From an uncultured Pseudobdellovibrionaceae bacterium (GTDB taxonomy: Bacteria; Pseudomonadota; Alphaproteobacteria; Micavibrionales; Micavibrionaceae), in assembly GCA_964491785.1 (NCBI GenBank), contig CAZBGS010000001.1, forward strand, positions 232,661 to 296,660: a stretch of 64,000 bases of DNA, written 5' to 3'. Positions within the stretch are counted from its first letter, which is position 1, and every line of letters begins with the position of its first letter. The position numbers and the translations under genes are program-made. Of the stretch, positions 30,116-41,131 are shown piece after piece. Below the pieces are notes generated by a model. That model did not search any database, was not told the DNA's origin, and saw only the letters and a program-made list of their open reading frames with translations.

Positions 30116-30188
30116 ACCCCTCACCCGGCTACAGCTAATCTCTCTTCGAGGGATAAGCTTGCGCATCCCTCTCCCGCAGGGAGAGAGA
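30116..30188 (+). repeat. Dispersed intergenic repeat, divergent copy (rbfA-truB spacer)
   Basis: The sequence cccctcacccggct...catccctctcccgcagggagagag shares the CCCTCACCC head and the CCCTCTCCCnnnGGGAGAG hairpin with the other copies. Confidence 0.45.
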
Positions 30189-30231
30189 AATACTGGCGGA
30201 GTTACTACTAGAGTTATGTTAAAAGGCGGGC

Positions 30232-31170
30232 ATGAAGAAGGGCAAAGGCATTCCTATTAATGGCTGGATTAATCTGGACAAGCCGACGGGGCCGACATCG
30301 ACGCAGGCTCTGGCGGCAGTGAAGAGGATGTTGCGGCCAATGAAAGCCGGTCATGCCGGGACGCTCGATCCGCTGGCGAGCGGGATACTTCCGATTGCGC
30401 TGGGCGAGGCGACAAAGGTTATTTCCTTTGCGCAGGATTCGCGCAAGATCTATTCCTTCACTGTCCGCTGGGGCGAGGAGAGGGATACCGACGATGCCGA
30501 GGGCAAGATCGCAGGCAGGTCGGACAACCGCCCTGCCCGCGAAGAAATTCTTGCTATCCTGCCCGAATTCACCGGCCTGATATCGCAGCTGCCGCCGAAA
30601 TACTCAGCCATCAAGGTCGGGGGCGAGAGAGCATACGATCTGGCCAGAGAAGGATTAGAAGTCGAACTAAGCTCCAGAGAGATTGAAATCGAGAGCCTTG
30701 AACTTACCAACTGCGAAGCAGAGAGCGCGGAGTTTCGGGTGGCTTGCGGCAAAGGCACTTATGTGCGCTCGTTGGCGAGGGATATGGGGCGCAGGCTCGG
30801 GACATTCGGATATGTGTCCAGGCTGCGCCGGGAAGCGGTCGGGGTGTTCAATACCGGGAACGCGATTTCTCTGGACAATCTGGAAAAAATGAGTGAAAGT
30901 GCGCGCCTTGAAGAGGCGGTGCTTCCGCTTGAGACCGTGCTGGACGACATCCCGGCTCTGGCCCTGAGCGAAATGGAGGCATCGAGGCTTAAGAACGGCC
31001 AGAGCCTGAGTTTTATTTCCCGTCCGGACATGGACAGACTTGGACGCGCAGGAATAGAAATCGGTTCCGGATACGATCAGACGGCCCTTGCTCTTCTGGA
31101 CGGGAAACCGGTCGCGCTCGTGAGCGTTTCCGGGGTTCAGATAAAACCCGTCCGCGTACTTAACCTTTAG
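30232..31170 (+). CDS. truB: tRNA pseudouridine(55) synthase
   Basis: There is a catalytic Asp motif ([11 protein letters not shown]) and a PUA-like C-terminus. Confidence 0.85.
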   Translation: MKKGKGIPINGWINLDKPTGPTSTQALAAVKRMLRPMKAGHAGTLDPLASGILPIALGEATKVISFAQDSRKIYSFTVRWGEERDTDDAEGKIAGRSDNRPAREEILAILPEFTGLISQLPPKYSAIKVGGERAYDLAREGLEVELSSREIEIESLELTNCEAESAEFRVACGKGTYVRSLARDMGRRLGTFGYVSRLRREAVGVFNTGNAISLDNLEKMSESARLEEAVLPLETVLDDIPALALSEMEASRLKNGQSLSFISRPDMDRLGRAGIEIGSGYDQTALALLDGKPVALVSVSGVQIKPVRVLNL

Positions 31171-31171
31171 A

Positions 31172-31453
31172 ATGGAGAGATCGATGTCGGTTACAACCGA
31201 GAGAAAACAGGAACTGATCAAGGACTACCGCACCGCGGAAAACGACACTGGTTCGCCTGAAGTCCAGGTCGCCATACTCACCGAGAAAATCACGAAGCTT
31301 TCGCAGCACATGCAAGCTCATAAAAAAGATTTTCACAGCCGCAGAGGTCTGCTGATGATGGTGGCCCAGCGCCGCAAACTTCTCGACTATCTGAAGAGCA
31401 AGGATGAAAATCGCTATCTGACGCTGATCAAACGACTTGGAATCAGGCGTTAA
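31172..31453 (+). CDS. rpsO: 30S ribosomal protein S15
   Basis: The 93-aa protein contains [20 protein letters not shown]. Confidence 0.9.
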   Translation: MERSMSVTTERKQELIKDYRTAENDTGSPEVQVAILTEKITKLSQHMQAHKKDFHSRRGLLMMVAQRRKLLDYLKSKDENRYLTLIKRLGIRR

Positions 31454-31504
31454 TTTATTATATAAAATACGCTGAGCCGTATTTTATATATTTGAGAGTC
31501 CTTT

Positions 31505-32497
31505 ATGGAACTGAGCACAATATTCAATTATGCAGCCAACGCAGTGTTGGCTTACGGGGCGACATTGCTCGCTTCCTACCCTGCAAGCCTGATTTACAAC
31601 AACTGGCTGACGAACGAGAAAATCCGCAGCGGATGGCGTCCGGATATGCTCGGTTTTTCGGTAACTCCGCCAAACAGAACCGATGTTTACGTCAATTTTT
31701 TTGGCAAGCCACATTTCGCTGCCGACAGGGCGGGCGTTCATATGCACAGCCTTGGCATACCGTTTTTACCGCTGCTGTGGACGAAGCGAATGGTTTCGTT
31801 CAATCCTTTGCTCAAAATCCATAACGACCAGCTTGATAATCTGAAGACTGCAGAAGGAAACATAGTAACGATACCTCTGGTCGTGCAGTACCGTATTAGA
31901 AACGCGTTAAAATTCGCGTTTTCGGCAGAAAGCCTGAAAGTCGCCGGCAAAGCTGTCACCGACAGGGTCAAGAAGCATGTTCAGGTCAAAGTCGGGAGCA
32001 TGACGACTGACGAGTTGTTCGAGTTTACCAGAAGCAATGGCGGGAACAGTATTAACATACTTGACCCTGATGATCTCAGGCTTGCGGATGATCTTTATCA
32101 GTTCGGTGTCGAGGTGGACAGTGTTTTCGTATTCGAGCCTCAGCTTGAGCAAATCCAGCAGGACGCGCATGCTATCAAGGCCTCGATGGTTATGATGCAG
32201 CGTATCTACAATGAAACATATGAAACGGTTTACAGGGCTGCCATAAGCAGCCAGGGTGAAAATCCTGACCTGGAGCGGGCTCACAGTATGGCGGCCAAGC
32301 AAGCAGAGGAAGCAAAAAGAAGCGCCCAGCAGATATTCTTTGCCGAGCGGCTAGGCGGCAAAGGTCTGGTTAATCTGGATATGGCTGATATATCAGGCAG
32401 AGGCCGGGAGGAACGCATCGGCAACAGAAAAGCCGAAAGCCCCCCCGCGCCAGAAAAGCAGTCTCCGCCTCCTGCCGATGAATTTGAGCCGATTTAA
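31505..32497 (+). CDS. Hypothetical protein (330 aa) with Pro/Glu-rich C-terminal tail
   Basis: No family is recognised. It has an N-terminal hydrophobic segment and a C-terminal low-complexity tail (ESPPAPEKQSPPPADEFEPI). It is inserted between rpsO and pnp. Confidence 0.45.
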   Translation: MELSTIFNYAANAVLAYGATLLASYPASLIYNNWLTNEKIRSGWRPDMLGFSVTPPNRTDVYVNFFGKPHFAADRAGVHMHSLGIPFLPLLWTKRMVSFNPLLKIHNDQLDNLKTAEGNIVTIPLVVQYRIRNALKFAFSAESLKVAGKAVTDRVKKHVQVKVGSMTTDELFEFTRSNGGNSINILDPDDLRLADDLYQFGVEVDSVFVFEPQLEQIQQDAHAIKASMVMMQRIYNETYETVYRAAISSQGENPDLERAHSMAAKQAEEAKRSAQQIFFAERLGGKGLVNLDMADISGRGREERIGNRKAESPPAPEKQSPPPADEFEPI

Positions 32498-32509
32498 CTT
32501 TTTCGACAT

Positions 32510-33475
32510 TTAGCGATCGAGTTGGCGGAAATCTGTCCGGATGCCTGCCTTCGCAGTCATGACGTTTTCGGGATTGCCGTCCTCTAAGCTTCTTCCGGTT
32601 GTCATCAGATAATTCATGGCCCTGCCCATTGCGCCTGCGGCCATAGAAAATGCTTTGCATGCCCTTCGTTTTGTTGCCTGCAGATAGTGACTTGCCGACA
32701 TGGCCTTTGGAATTAAGAATGATGGCAGTGAAGGGTAATGGTGCCTGTAGATTTCAGGGTAGTTTGTCGCCGCCTGTGTGAAAAAGACGGAAAGCGGAAT
32801 GCCATGAGAATTATTGACGTTCTTGCCATGGGAATGCTGCCGGTAGTCATACAGCTCTTCTTCTATCCTGTGTACCGGCGCAGGAATGCCATTTTTCTTT
32901 CGATTATTCAGCATGCGTATCCAGAAGGCCCAGTCTTCAAGGCCTTTCAGGGTTTCGTCGTATCCTCCTACTTCCAGCGCCTCTTTACGACGGAACATCG
33001 CGTAAACAGGAACCATATTTGCGGCCAGTATCTTCTTTTCATTAAACTCAGGAAGATTCCACTTGCTTGATCGTGCGCCAAAAAGCCTGCATCTACAGTA
33101 TGTAAAAATACAGTCCGGATTTGCTTCCATGTACTCGAATGCCTTATGCATGACCCCCTTGCCCGCCTTGACCTTAGACAGCCTGTCATCAGCATCAACG
33201 GGAAGTATGTAATCATAGCGGGCCTCCTTCAGCGCCATGTTGCGGGCTGCCGAGGGCCCTTTGTTTTCCGGGAGGCGCAAAACTTTAACATTATGCCTGC
33301 CGAATGAGGCTTCCACGCGGTTCAAGGCAACTTGTGTTTCGGGGCCGCTGCAATCATCGACGACAATTATTTCGTAATCATGATCAAATTTCTGATCCAG
33401 AATGGAAGCTACCGCTTCTTCAATGAACTCACCCGCATTGTAGCAAGGCATTATGACGCTTATCCCTTTGCCCAT
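32510..33475 (-). CDS. Family 2 glycosyltransferase
   Basis: It contains ISVIMPCYNAGEFIEEAVASILDQ and a DxD-containing GT-A fold (VVDDCS ... VDADD). Confidence 0.8.
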   Translation of the reverse strand: MGKGISVIMPCYNAGEFIEEAVASILDQKFDHDYEIIVVDDCSGPETQVALNRVEASFGRHNVKVLRLPENKGPSAARNMALKEARYDYILPVDADDRLSKVKAGKGVMHKAFEYMEANPDCIFTYCRCRLFGARSSKWNLPEFNEKKILAANMVPVYAMFRRKEALEVGGYDETLKGLEDWAFWIRMLNNRKKNGIPAPVHRIEEELYDYRQHSHGKNVNNSHGIPLSVFFTQAATNYPEIYRHHYPSLPSFLIPKAMSASHYLQATKRRACKAFSMAAGAMGRAMNYLMTTGRSLEDGNPENVMTAKAGIRTDFRQLDR

Positions 33476-33548
33476 GGGCCACCTCTTTGCAAACTGAACT
33501 TAGGCGGCCCATGCTACATTATGTAAATATTTTCTTCAATATAAAAGT

Positions 33549-34187
33549 TCAGGCAGCCTGCTTGTCCTTCAGGGCGTAGCGTTTGACGATGCTGCCGTTT
33601 TCGAATTCGACGACCACGGGGACGCCGGTTTCCATTTCAGCCTTGTTGATGGTATCCGGGGTTTCCAGACCGAGGATAATCAACATCGCGCGCAGCGAGT
33701 TGCCGTGGGCGGCGATGAGAATGTTTTCGCCCTTGTCGACCAGAGGCCTGATATTCGCCTCGTAATACGGGCGGACACGGTTTTCGACCACGTCCTGCAG
33801 GCATTCGCCTCCCGGGGGGCGGACGTCATATGAGCGGCGCCAGATGTGAACCTGCTCCTCGCCGTACTTCTTGCGCATTTCGTCCTTGTTGAGGCCGGTG
33901 AGGTCGCCGTAATCGCGTTCGCGCAGGTCGTCATGCTTTACCATGGTCTTCAGAATATCATCCTGCCCGGCGTTGAAGAGGGCTATTTCAGCGGTGTGGT
34001 ATGCCCTTTGCAGCGTGCTGGTGAAGACCCTGTCGAATTTGATGCCTGCCGAATTCAGACGCTTGCCGGCGTCTTCGGCTTCCTTGCGCCCCAGGTCGCT
34101 GAGGTCGATGTCATGGAAGCCGGTAAAGCGATTTTCAAGATTCCATTGCGATTGTCCATGACGGAGAAGAACCAGATAATTGGGCAT
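33549..34187 (-). CDS. gpmA: 2,3-bisphosphoglycerate-dependent phosphoglycerate mutase
   Basis: The catalytic His is in LVLLRHGQSQWNLENRFTG. Confidence 0.85.
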   Translation of the reverse strand: MPNYLVLLRHGQSQWNLENRFTGFHDIDLSDLGRKEAEDAGKRLNSAGIKFDRVFTSTLQRAYHTAEIALFNAGQDDILKTMVKHDDLRERDYGDLTGLNKDEMRKKYGEEQVHIWRRSYDVRPPGGECLQDVVENRVRPYYEANIRPLVDKGENILIAAHGNSLRAMLIILGLETPDTINKAEMETGVPVVVEFENGSIVKRYALKDKQAA

Positions 34188-34509
34188 AAGAACTCCTTGT
34201 TAATTTGCTGATAAGACACCTGCCAACTTTTTTAATATTTATCAGTCCCGCTTTCAACGCTTAAAATCTTTGACTTTTTCATTGCAAATATGCGATTAGC
34301 TATAGAGAGGTTTCAGATTTCCGGCTCGTTCGGTTGACTGTCAAGTTCAGGAAAAACTTCTTGAATGAGTTTGACTGTCCACCGAATCCGGTTCGAAGAC
34401 TTCACATACATTTAATCACGCAGCTCCCGGACGCAAGCTTTTGGGAATCCAGGAACACATGAAAAGATTCCAGGCTTGAGCGCGGCGAGAAGAAAAGAAA
34501 GGACATATT

Positions 34510-36672
34510 ATGTTTAGAGTTTACCGCAAGGAAATAGATTTCGCGGGCAAGACGCTTACGCTTGAAAGCGGAAAGATCGCCAGGCAGGCCGATGGCTCGG
34601 TCATGGCCACCATAGGGGAAACAAGCGTTCTGTGTACAGCAGTGGCATCCAAGACCGTCAACCCGGGGCAGGACTTTTTCCCGCTTACGGTTCATTATCA
34701 GGAAAAAACCTATGCCGCAGGCAAGATCCCTGGCGGATTCTTCAAGCGCGAAGCCAAGCCTTCGGAGAAGGAGGTTCTCACCAGCCGCCTTATCGACAGG
34801 CCGATACGCCCGTTATTTCCAAAAGAATTTCTCAATGAAGTTCAGGTTATCGCGACAGTCGTGTCGCATGATCTGGAAAACGATCCCGACATCGTCGCGT
34901 TGATCGGCTGCTCTGCGGCGCTGACCATTTCCGGCATTCCGTTCTTCGGGCCGATCGCCGCGGCGCGGGTCGGCTACAAGGACGGCAGCTATATCATCAA
35001 CCCGCTAGTGCACGAAATGGACGGCATGCAGCTGGATCTGGTTGTGGCCGGTACTCACGACGGCGTTCTGATGGTGGAATCGGAGGCGCAGGAACTGCCG
35101 GAAGATGTCATGCTCGGCGCCGTGATGGAAGGATGGAGATCGTTCCAGCCAGTAATCAACGGCATTATCGAATTCGCGGAGATGGCCGCCAAAGAACCCT
35201 GGGATCTTCCAGAAACTCCGGAGAACATTAGCAATATGGCTGAAAAACTGGATAAAAAATACAGCGCCCAGGTCGCAGCCGCATATGAAATCACTGAAAA
35301 ACAGTCGAGGCACAACGCGCTGAACGCTTTGCGCGGTCAGGCGGTAGAAGAGTATCTTGACGAGGAAAACGGGATAACCGAGAGCGTTATAAACTCGAAG
35401 TTCAAGCATGTGGAGGCGGACGTCGTGCGCGGTCAGATTCTCAAGACCGGCAAACGTATCGACGGGCGTGACACGAAAACTGTCAGGCCGATAGTCGCCG
35501 AAGTCGGCATTCTCCCGAGGGCGCACGGCTCGGCGCTGTTTACCAGGGGCGAGACGCAGGCGCTGGTAGTGACCACTCTGGGCACTGGCCAGGACGAGCA
35601 GATAATCGACGCGCTCGAAGGCGAGTACAAGGAGCGGTTCATGCTTCACTACAACTTCCCGCCCTATTCCGTCGGCGAAGCCGGAAGGATGGGCCCTCCC
35701 GGACGCAGGGAAATCGGACATGGCAAGCTGGCATGGCGGGCGATCCACCCTCTGCTGCCCAAGGCTGAGGACTTCCCGTATACGATCCGCGCGGTTTCGG
35801 AAATCACCGAGTCCAACGGGTCTTCCTCGATGGCGACGGTGTGCGGGACTTCGCTTTCGCTGATGGATGCCGGCGTGCCACTGAAGCAGCCGATCGCAGG
35901 CATCGCCATGGGACTGATCAAGGAAGGGGGCGAGTTCGCCGTCCTTACCGATATTCTCGGGGATGAGGATCATCTCGGCGACATGGATTTCAAGGTCGCG
36001 GGAACTTCGAACGGCATTACCGCCCTGCAGATGGACATCAAGATCACCTCGATAACCGAAGAAATCATGCAGATCGCGCTTAATCAGGCGAAAGACGGGC
36101 GCATGCATATTCTGGGAGAGATGGAAAAGGCTCTATCGACATCGCGTTCCGGTCTGAGCCAGTACGCACCGCAGATAGTCACGCTGCACATTCCCACCGA
36201 CAAGATCCGGGAAGTCATCGGAACCGGCGGAAAAGTCATCCGGGAGATCGTCGAGGTCTCCGGCGCCAAGATCGATATCGAGGACGACGGCACTATCAAG
36301 GTCGCCGCGGTAAATCAGCAATCGATCGACAAGGCCGTTTCCATGATCAAGAACATCACCGACGAGCCGGAAGCAGGCAAGGTATACGATGGCAAGGTCG
36401 TCAAGACCGTGGACTTCGGGGCTTTCGTCAATTTCATGGGAAGCAAGGACGGATTAGTCCATATTTCGGAACTGGCCAATTACCGGGTCGCCAAGACCAC
36501 GGATGTCGTCAAGGAAGGCGATATCGTCAAGGTTCTGATGATCGGCCAGGACGATCGCGGCAAGATCAAGCTCTCAATGAAGCAGGTCGATCAGGAGACC
36601 GGCGAGATCCTGCAGCTTCCCGAGAAGGAAAAGAAACCGGGCGGCAAGGACAGGAAAGAGGCCGCCGGTTGA
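34510..36672 (+). CDS. pnp: Polyribonucleotide nucleotidyltransferase (PNPase)
   Basis: The 720-aa protein has two RNase PH domains, a KH domain, and a C-terminal S1 domain ([13 protein letters not shown]). Confidence 0.9.
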   Translation: MFRVYRKEIDFAGKTLTLESGKIARQADGSVMATIGETSVLCTAVASKTVNPGQDFFPLTVHYQEKTYAAGKIPGGFFKREAKPSEKEVLTSRLIDRPIRPLFPKEFLNEVQVIATVVSHDLENDPDIVALIGCSAALTISGIPFFGPIAAARVGYKDGSYIINPLVHEMDGMQLDLVVAGTHDGVLMVESEAQELPEDVMLGAVMEGWRSFQPVINGIIEFAEMAAKEPWDLPETPENISNMAEKLDKKYSAQVAAAYEITEKQSRHNALNALRGQAVEEYLDEENGITESVINSKFKHVEADVVRGQILKTGKRIDGRDTKTVRPIVAEVGILPRAHGSALFTRGETQALVVTTLGTGQDEQIIDALEGEYKERFMLHYNFPPYSVGEAGRMGPPGRREIGHGKLAWRAIHPLLPKAEDFPYTIRAVSEITESNGSSSMATVCGTSLSLMDAGVPLKQPIAGIAMGLIKEGGEFAVLTDILGDEDHLGDMDFKVAGTSNGITALQMDIKITSITEEIMQIALNQAKDGRMHILGEMEKALSTSRSGLSQYAPQIVTLHIPTDKIREVIGTGGKVIREIVEVSGAKIDIEDDGTIKVAAVNQQSIDKAVSMIKNITDEPEAGKVYDGKVVKTVDFGAFVNFMGSKDGLVHISELANYRVAKTTDVVKEGDIVKVLMIGQDDRGKIKLSMKQVDQETGEILQLPEKEKKPGGKDRKEAAG

Positions 36673-37415
36673 GTCTGAAACTGCCCCGGATAGCCGGGCA
36701 TCGTGGCGCGGCCGCATATGCTCCAGAGAATACTCTTGAGGGGATACATACTGCGGCCGACATGGATGTCGAATGGGTAGAGCTTGACGTAAAGCTGACG
36801 AAAGACGGGGTGCCGATCATTTTTCACGACGACACGCTCGACCGCACCACCAACGGCGCGGGGCCGGTCGCGGAGGCCGATTATTCGCATATCCGGGAAC
36901 TTGAGGCAGGAAGCTGGTTTTCGGACAGTTTTGCGGGAATTAAAATTCCCTCCCTTGAAGAGGCCATCGAGGTTCTGATCGAGCGCGATCTTGGCCTTAA
37001 CCTTGAAATCAAGCCCTGCCCCGGACGGGAAATCGAAACCGCGGAAGCGGCGCTGGACGTGCTTTCGCAGTACTGGGACGATCACGAACGCCTTCTGATA
37101 TCCAGCTTCCAGCAGGTAAGTCTCGAGTCGGCGAGAGATTTGGCAAGGGACTGGAACCGCGCTCTTCTGATCGGGGATAACTGGCCGGATAATCTGACCG
37201 ATCTTGCCGATTATCTCGAATTAAAATGCGTAAATTTTAACGCCTCATCCGCGGACGAGGAAACGGTCAGAAGGGTCATCGAAGCGGGTTTCAAAACCTG
37301 CGCCTACACGGTCAATGATCCTGATCTGGCCAGAGAAATGCAGTCATGGGGGGTCAACTGCCTTATAACCGACGTCCCCGATTTGATCGGCGAAAGCATA
37401 TTGTCGATTCACTGA
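36669..37415 (+). CDS. Glycerophosphodiester phosphodiesterase
   Basis: The GDPD family motifs [18 protein letters not shown] and [20 protein letters not shown] are present. Confidence 0.8.
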   Translation: MSLKLPRIAGHRGAAAYAPENTLEGIHTAADMDVEWVELDVKLTKDGVPIIFHDDTLDRTTNGAGPVAEADYSHIRELEAGSWFSDSFAGIKIPSLEEAIEVLIERDLGLNLEIKPCPGREIETAEAALDVLSQYWDDHERLLISSFQQVSLESARDLARDWNRALLIGDNWPDNLTDLADYLELKCVNFNASSADEETVRRVIEAGFKTCAYTVNDPDLAREMQSWGVNCLITDVPDLIGESILSIH

Positions 37416-37441
37416 TACAATATTTGCAAGAGGAGCATGTT

Positions 37442-37873
37442 ATGAGAAGGCCGCTTAATGCTTTTATACAGGAGTTCCAGCAATTCGCCGTAAAAGGTAA
37501 CGTGATCGACCTTGCTATCGGCGTTGTAATCGGGACTGCCTTTGGAAAAATTACCAATTCTCTGGTTGCGGATGTGATCATGCCGCCTTTGGGGCTGCTG
37601 ACTGGCAACCTTGATTTCAGCGACTACGCGCTGGTTTTGCGGGAAGCCGGCCCGGAGATGGCGGCGGTAACAATAAATTACGGCATGTTCATTCAAACCT
37701 TGATGAACTTTATGATCATTGCTTTTGCCATGTTTCTAGTGATGAAAGGGGCAAACAAACTCCGCTCGCTTCAGGAAACGCCGGAACCAGCGCCCTGCGC
37801 CCCTCCTCCGCCACCGCGTCAGGAAGTGCTTCTTGAAGAGATCAGGGATCTTTTGAAGAAGAAATCTGCCTAG
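37442..37873 (+). CDS. mscL: Large-conductance mechanosensitive channel
   Basis: The true start is at MRRPLNAFIQEFQQFAVKGNVIDLAIGVVIG, the MscL signature. The upstream in-frame extension (37346) is likely not translated. Confidence 0.85.
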   Translation: MRRPLNAFIQEFQQFAVKGNVIDLAIGVVIGTAFGKITNSLVADVIMPPLGLLTGNLDFSDYALVLREAGPEMAAVTINYGMFIQTLMNFMIIAFAMFLVMKGANKLRSLQETPEPAPCAPPPPPRQEVLLEEIRDLLKKKSA

Positions 37874-37886
37874 ACGAATTAACTAT

Positions 37887-38438
37887 ATGGACGAAGATCT
37901 TTTCGAGTATTTCCTCGCCGGTGGAATTGTTAATACCGTAAGTACCGGATTGCGGCTGCTCGGCACGGATGACGCCAAGCGGCTGTTCGAAATTCTCTCC
38001 GATCCCGCGGTATCTTCCCCGATAAGACTTTTCCGCCAGCCATTCACAATGCCTCAGGCCGAGGAATGGTGCGCGCGCGCCGAAGCCTCGGCCGCCGCCA
38101 AAAGCGAACTGCTTCTGGCCGCTGTTCGTAAGGCTGACGCGGTTATCGCCGGGAATGCCGGCATTCACCTTATTCAGGATGAAAACATGGCGGAGATAGG
38201 CTACTGGGTGGCCAGGGAATACTGGGGTCAGGGTCTGGCAAGAGAGATGACGGCATCGGTGATTGCTCTCGCCCGCAGCCGCCTTGACCTTAAAGGCCTT
38301 TGCGCAACTACCGCCGCCAGTAACGACGCATCACGACATATCCTTGAAAAATTTGCCTTCAAGGCCACAGAAGAATACGAACTTATCACCGCCGCAGGCC
38401 AATCCAGACCTACGGTCAAATATGAGCTGCACTTCTGA
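37887..38438 (+). CDS. GNAT family N-acetyltransferase
   Basis: The acetyl-CoA binding motif is VAREYWGQGLAREM (Q/RxxGxG/A). Confidence 0.7.
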   Translation: MDEDLFEYFLAGGIVNTVSTGLRLLGTDDAKRLFEILSDPAVSSPIRLFRQPFTMPQAEEWCARAEASAAAKSELLLAAVRKADAVIAGNAGIHLIQDENMAEIGYWVAREYWGQGLAREMTASVIALARSRLDLKGLCATTAASNDASRHILEKFAFKATEEYELITAAGQSRPTVKYELHF

Positions 38439-38445
38439 AAAAAGC

Positions 38446-39294
38446 TTAAGCCTGATTTCCGTTCTGGTCGCTTTTGACGGCTATGCCGGTGAGGTTTTCG
38501 TGGGGGGGCATGCCCATGTGGTTGAAGCCGCAATCGACGTAATGAACCTCACCCGTCACAGCGGAGGACATGTCGGAAAGGAGGTATACGGCCGTGTTGC
38601 CGACTTCTTCGAGCTCAACATTCCGACGCAGAGGGGCGGTGCGGACGTTATATCTGAAGGTCTGGCGGGCGTTGCCTATGGCGGATCCAGCCAGGGTTTT
38701 CATCGGCCCTGCGGAAATGGCGTTAACCCTGATGCCGTCCTCCGGGCCGAGATCGGCGGCGAGATAGCGGACAGAGGCTTCCAGAGCCGCCTTGGCTATG
38801 CCCATGACGTTGTAATTGGGCATCACTTTTTCAGAGCCGTAATAGGTAAGCGTCAGCGCTGAACCACCGGGATTCATGAGAGGTCTTGCCCGGCGCATTA
38901 TGGAAGTGAACGAATAACAAGAGATGTGCATCGTCTGGAGAAAATTTTCCAGCGTGGTATCCACGTATCGGCCTTTAAGTTCCTCCTTGCGGGAGAAAGC
39001 TACGCCGTGAACGATAAAGTCGAATTTGCCCCAGCGGCTGGCGAGTTCGCCAAAAACGCTATCAAGATCTTTTTCCTCCTGAACATCGCAGGGAAGCACG
39101 ATTTGTGAGCCAACGCTCTCGGCAAGAGGCTCCACGCGGCGTTTGAAGGAATCTCCCTGATAGGTGAAGGCAAGTTGCGCGCCCGCGTCATGTGCAGCTT
39201 TGGCGATCCCCCAGGCAATGGAGTGATCGTTGGCAACGCCCATGATCAGTCCTTTTTTTCCTTTCATCAACCCGGAAGGCGCTGTAATTGTCAT
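38446..39294 (-). CDS. fabI: Enoyl-[acyl-carrier-protein] reductase (NADH)
   Basis: The N-terminus is LMKGKKGLIMGVANDHSIAWGIAKA and the family is SDR-like, in a fabA-fabB-fabI operon. Confidence 0.85.
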   Translation of the reverse strand: MTITAPSGLMKGKKGLIMGVANDHSIAWGIAKAAHDAGAQLAFTYQGDSFKRRVEPLAESVGSQIVLPCDVQEEKDLDSVFGELASRWGKFDFIVHGVAFSRKEELKGRYVDTTLENFLQTMHISCYSFTSIMRRARPLMNPGGSALTLTYYGSEKVMPNYNVMGIAKAALEASVRYLAADLGPEDGIRVNAISAGPMKTLAGSAIGNARQTFRYNVRTAPLRRNVELEEVGNTAVYLLSDMSSAVTGEVHYVDCGFNHMGMPPHENLTGIAVKSDQNGNQA

Positions 39295-39300
39295 ATTATT

Positions 39301-40554
39301 TTATTCCTTGAACTTGCTTAGAACCAGCGAGCAATTGGTACCGCCAAAGCCGAAAGAGTTGGAAAGGACGGTATCGAACTGAACACCTTCCCGGCAGCTT
39401 TGAACGATAGGCAGATTTTTCGCGCCTTCATCCAGTGTTGAAATATTTATGCTCGGAGATATAAAGCCATTTTGCATCATCAGAAGACAGTAGATGGCCT
39501 CCTGCGCCCCCGTTGCGCCAAGTGAATGCCCGGTCATCGATTTGGTGGAACTTAGAGGCGGAACGTCTTCTCCACGGGATGCGAAGACTTCGCGAAGCGC
39601 GTTCAATTCAGTTATGTCGCCAGCAACCGTACTTGTGCCGTGGGTGTTTATATAGCTGACACGGCCCTTGCCGATATCCTTCAGCGCATGCTTCATACAA
39701 CGCATGGCGCCTTCGCCGCTTGGCGCGACCATGTCGGCGCCGTCGGAAGTTGCGGCATAGCCGGTAACCTCGGCGTAAATTTTAGCACCGCGCGCGCGGG
39801 CGTGCTCAAGTTCCTCAAGTACGACAACAGCACCGCCCCCGGCGATAACAAAGCCGTCACGAGTGGCGTCAAACGGACGCGAGGCTTTTTCAGGCGTATC
39901 GTTATATTTCGATGACAAAGCTCCCATGGCGTCAAAGAGAACCGACAGCGTCCAGTGCAGTTCCTCTCCGCCGCCGGCAAACATTACGTCCTGCTTGCCC
40001 CACTGAATAAGCTCCGCCGCATTGCCGATGCAGTGGGCCGAGGTCGAACACGCTGAAGATATCGAATAGCTCAGGCCCTTGATATGGAATTGCGTCGCCA
40101 GCACCGCGGAATTCGTGGATGACATGCAGCGGGGAACCATATACGGCCCCACCCTTTTAGGGCCTTTTTCCCGGGCGATATCGACGGCCTCGGTCTGGTT
40201 GCTGGTGGAAGGGCCGCCGGAGCCCATGATAAGGCCGGCGCGCTCGTTCACTATATCCTTTTCCTCAAGCCCGGAATCGCGGATGGCGTCTTCCATGGCA
40301 ATATAATTGTATGCCGCGCCATCGCCCATGAATCGTCGGTGCTTGCGGTCTATGCGTTCTTCAAGATCGATTTTAGGAGCGCCGTGGACATGGCTTCTGA
40401 AGCCGCGCTCGGCGTATTCGGGGGCAAAAACAATACCAGACCGGCCTGCACGCAACGATGCGGTGACCTCATCCTTGCTGTTGCCTATGCAGGAGACTAT
40501 TCCGATTCCGGTGATTACAACACGTCTTGCCTGGGACATAGCTGCTACTGTCAC
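39301..40554 (-). CDS. fabB: 3-oxoacyl-[acyl-carrier-protein] synthase I
   Basis: It has a thiolase-like KAS fold with an active-site Cys and HGTSTxxGD, and lies between fabA and fabI. Confidence 0.85.
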   Translation of the reverse strand: MTVAAMSQARRVVITGIGIVSCIGNSKDEVTASLRAGRSGIVFAPEYAERGFRSHVHGAPKIDLEERIDRKHRRFMGDGAAYNYIAMEDAIRDSGLEEKDIVNERAGLIMGSGGPSTSNQTEAVDIAREKGPKRVGPYMVPRCMSSTNSAVLATQFHIKGLSYSISSACSTSAHCIGNAAELIQWGKQDVMFAGGGEELHWTLSVLFDAMGALSSKYNDTPEKASRPFDATRDGFVIAGGGAVVVLEELEHARARGAKIYAEVTGYAATSDGADMVAPSGEGAMRCMKHALKDIGKGRVSYINTHGTSTVAGDITELNALREVFASRGEDVPPLSSTKSMTGHSLGATGAQEAIYCLLMMQNGFISPSINISTLDEGAKNLPIVQSCREGVQFDTVLSNSFGFGGTNCSLVLSKFKE

Positions 40555-41072
40555 ATTGCTCTTGGATTAGAAAAAAGGCCTACTTTCAAATCAGCGGCCT
40601 CATATATCATGTTTCCGTCGGCGTATACCTCGCCATCGCCGATACCGAGAACCAGCTTTCTGTTTATAACCCTTTTCAGGTTTACTACATATTTTACCAA
40701 TTTCGTTTCAGGCAAGACCTGACCTGTAAATTTTAGCTCTCCCAGGCCAAGCGCCCTGCCCGATCCCGGCGCGCCAGTCCAGCCCAGATAGAAGCCAAGC
40801 AACTGCCAGAGAGCGTCAAGACCAAGGCATCCCGGCATAACCGGGTCTGATTCGAAATGGCACTGGAAGAACCAAAGGTCTTTGGTTACGTCCAGTTCCG
40901 CCTCAATCAGTCCCTTGCCGTATTTTCCGCCCTCATTGCTGATAACGGGAATGCGATTGAACATGAGCATCGGAGGCAATGGCAGGCGGGCGTTTCCCGG
41001 CCCGAACAGTCTGCCGTGTCCGCATTCAAGAAGGTCTTCGTAAGAAAAACTTGATTTGGCTGAATTCGTCAT
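40551..41072 (-). CDS. fabA: 3-hydroxydecanoyl-ACP dehydratase/isomerase
   Basis: Residues [17 protein letters not shown]...[21 protein letters not shown] align with E. coli FabA. The start is taken at MTNSAKSS rather than the longer ORF (to 41138). Confidence 0.85.
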   Translation of the reverse strand: MTNSAKSSFSYEDLLECGHGRLFGPGNARLPLPPMLMFNRIPVISNEGGKYGKGLIEAELDVTKDLWFFQCHFESDPVMPGCLGLDALWQLLGFYLGWTGAPGSGRALGLGELKFTGQVLPETKLVKYVVNLKRVINRKLVLGIGDGEVYADGNMIYEAADLKVGLFSNPRAM

Positions 41073-41131
41073 TTCCGGTTTACCGCTTCTTCTTGCGTTT
41101 ATCGCTAGAGTTATAAGGCTACATGGTTTTG

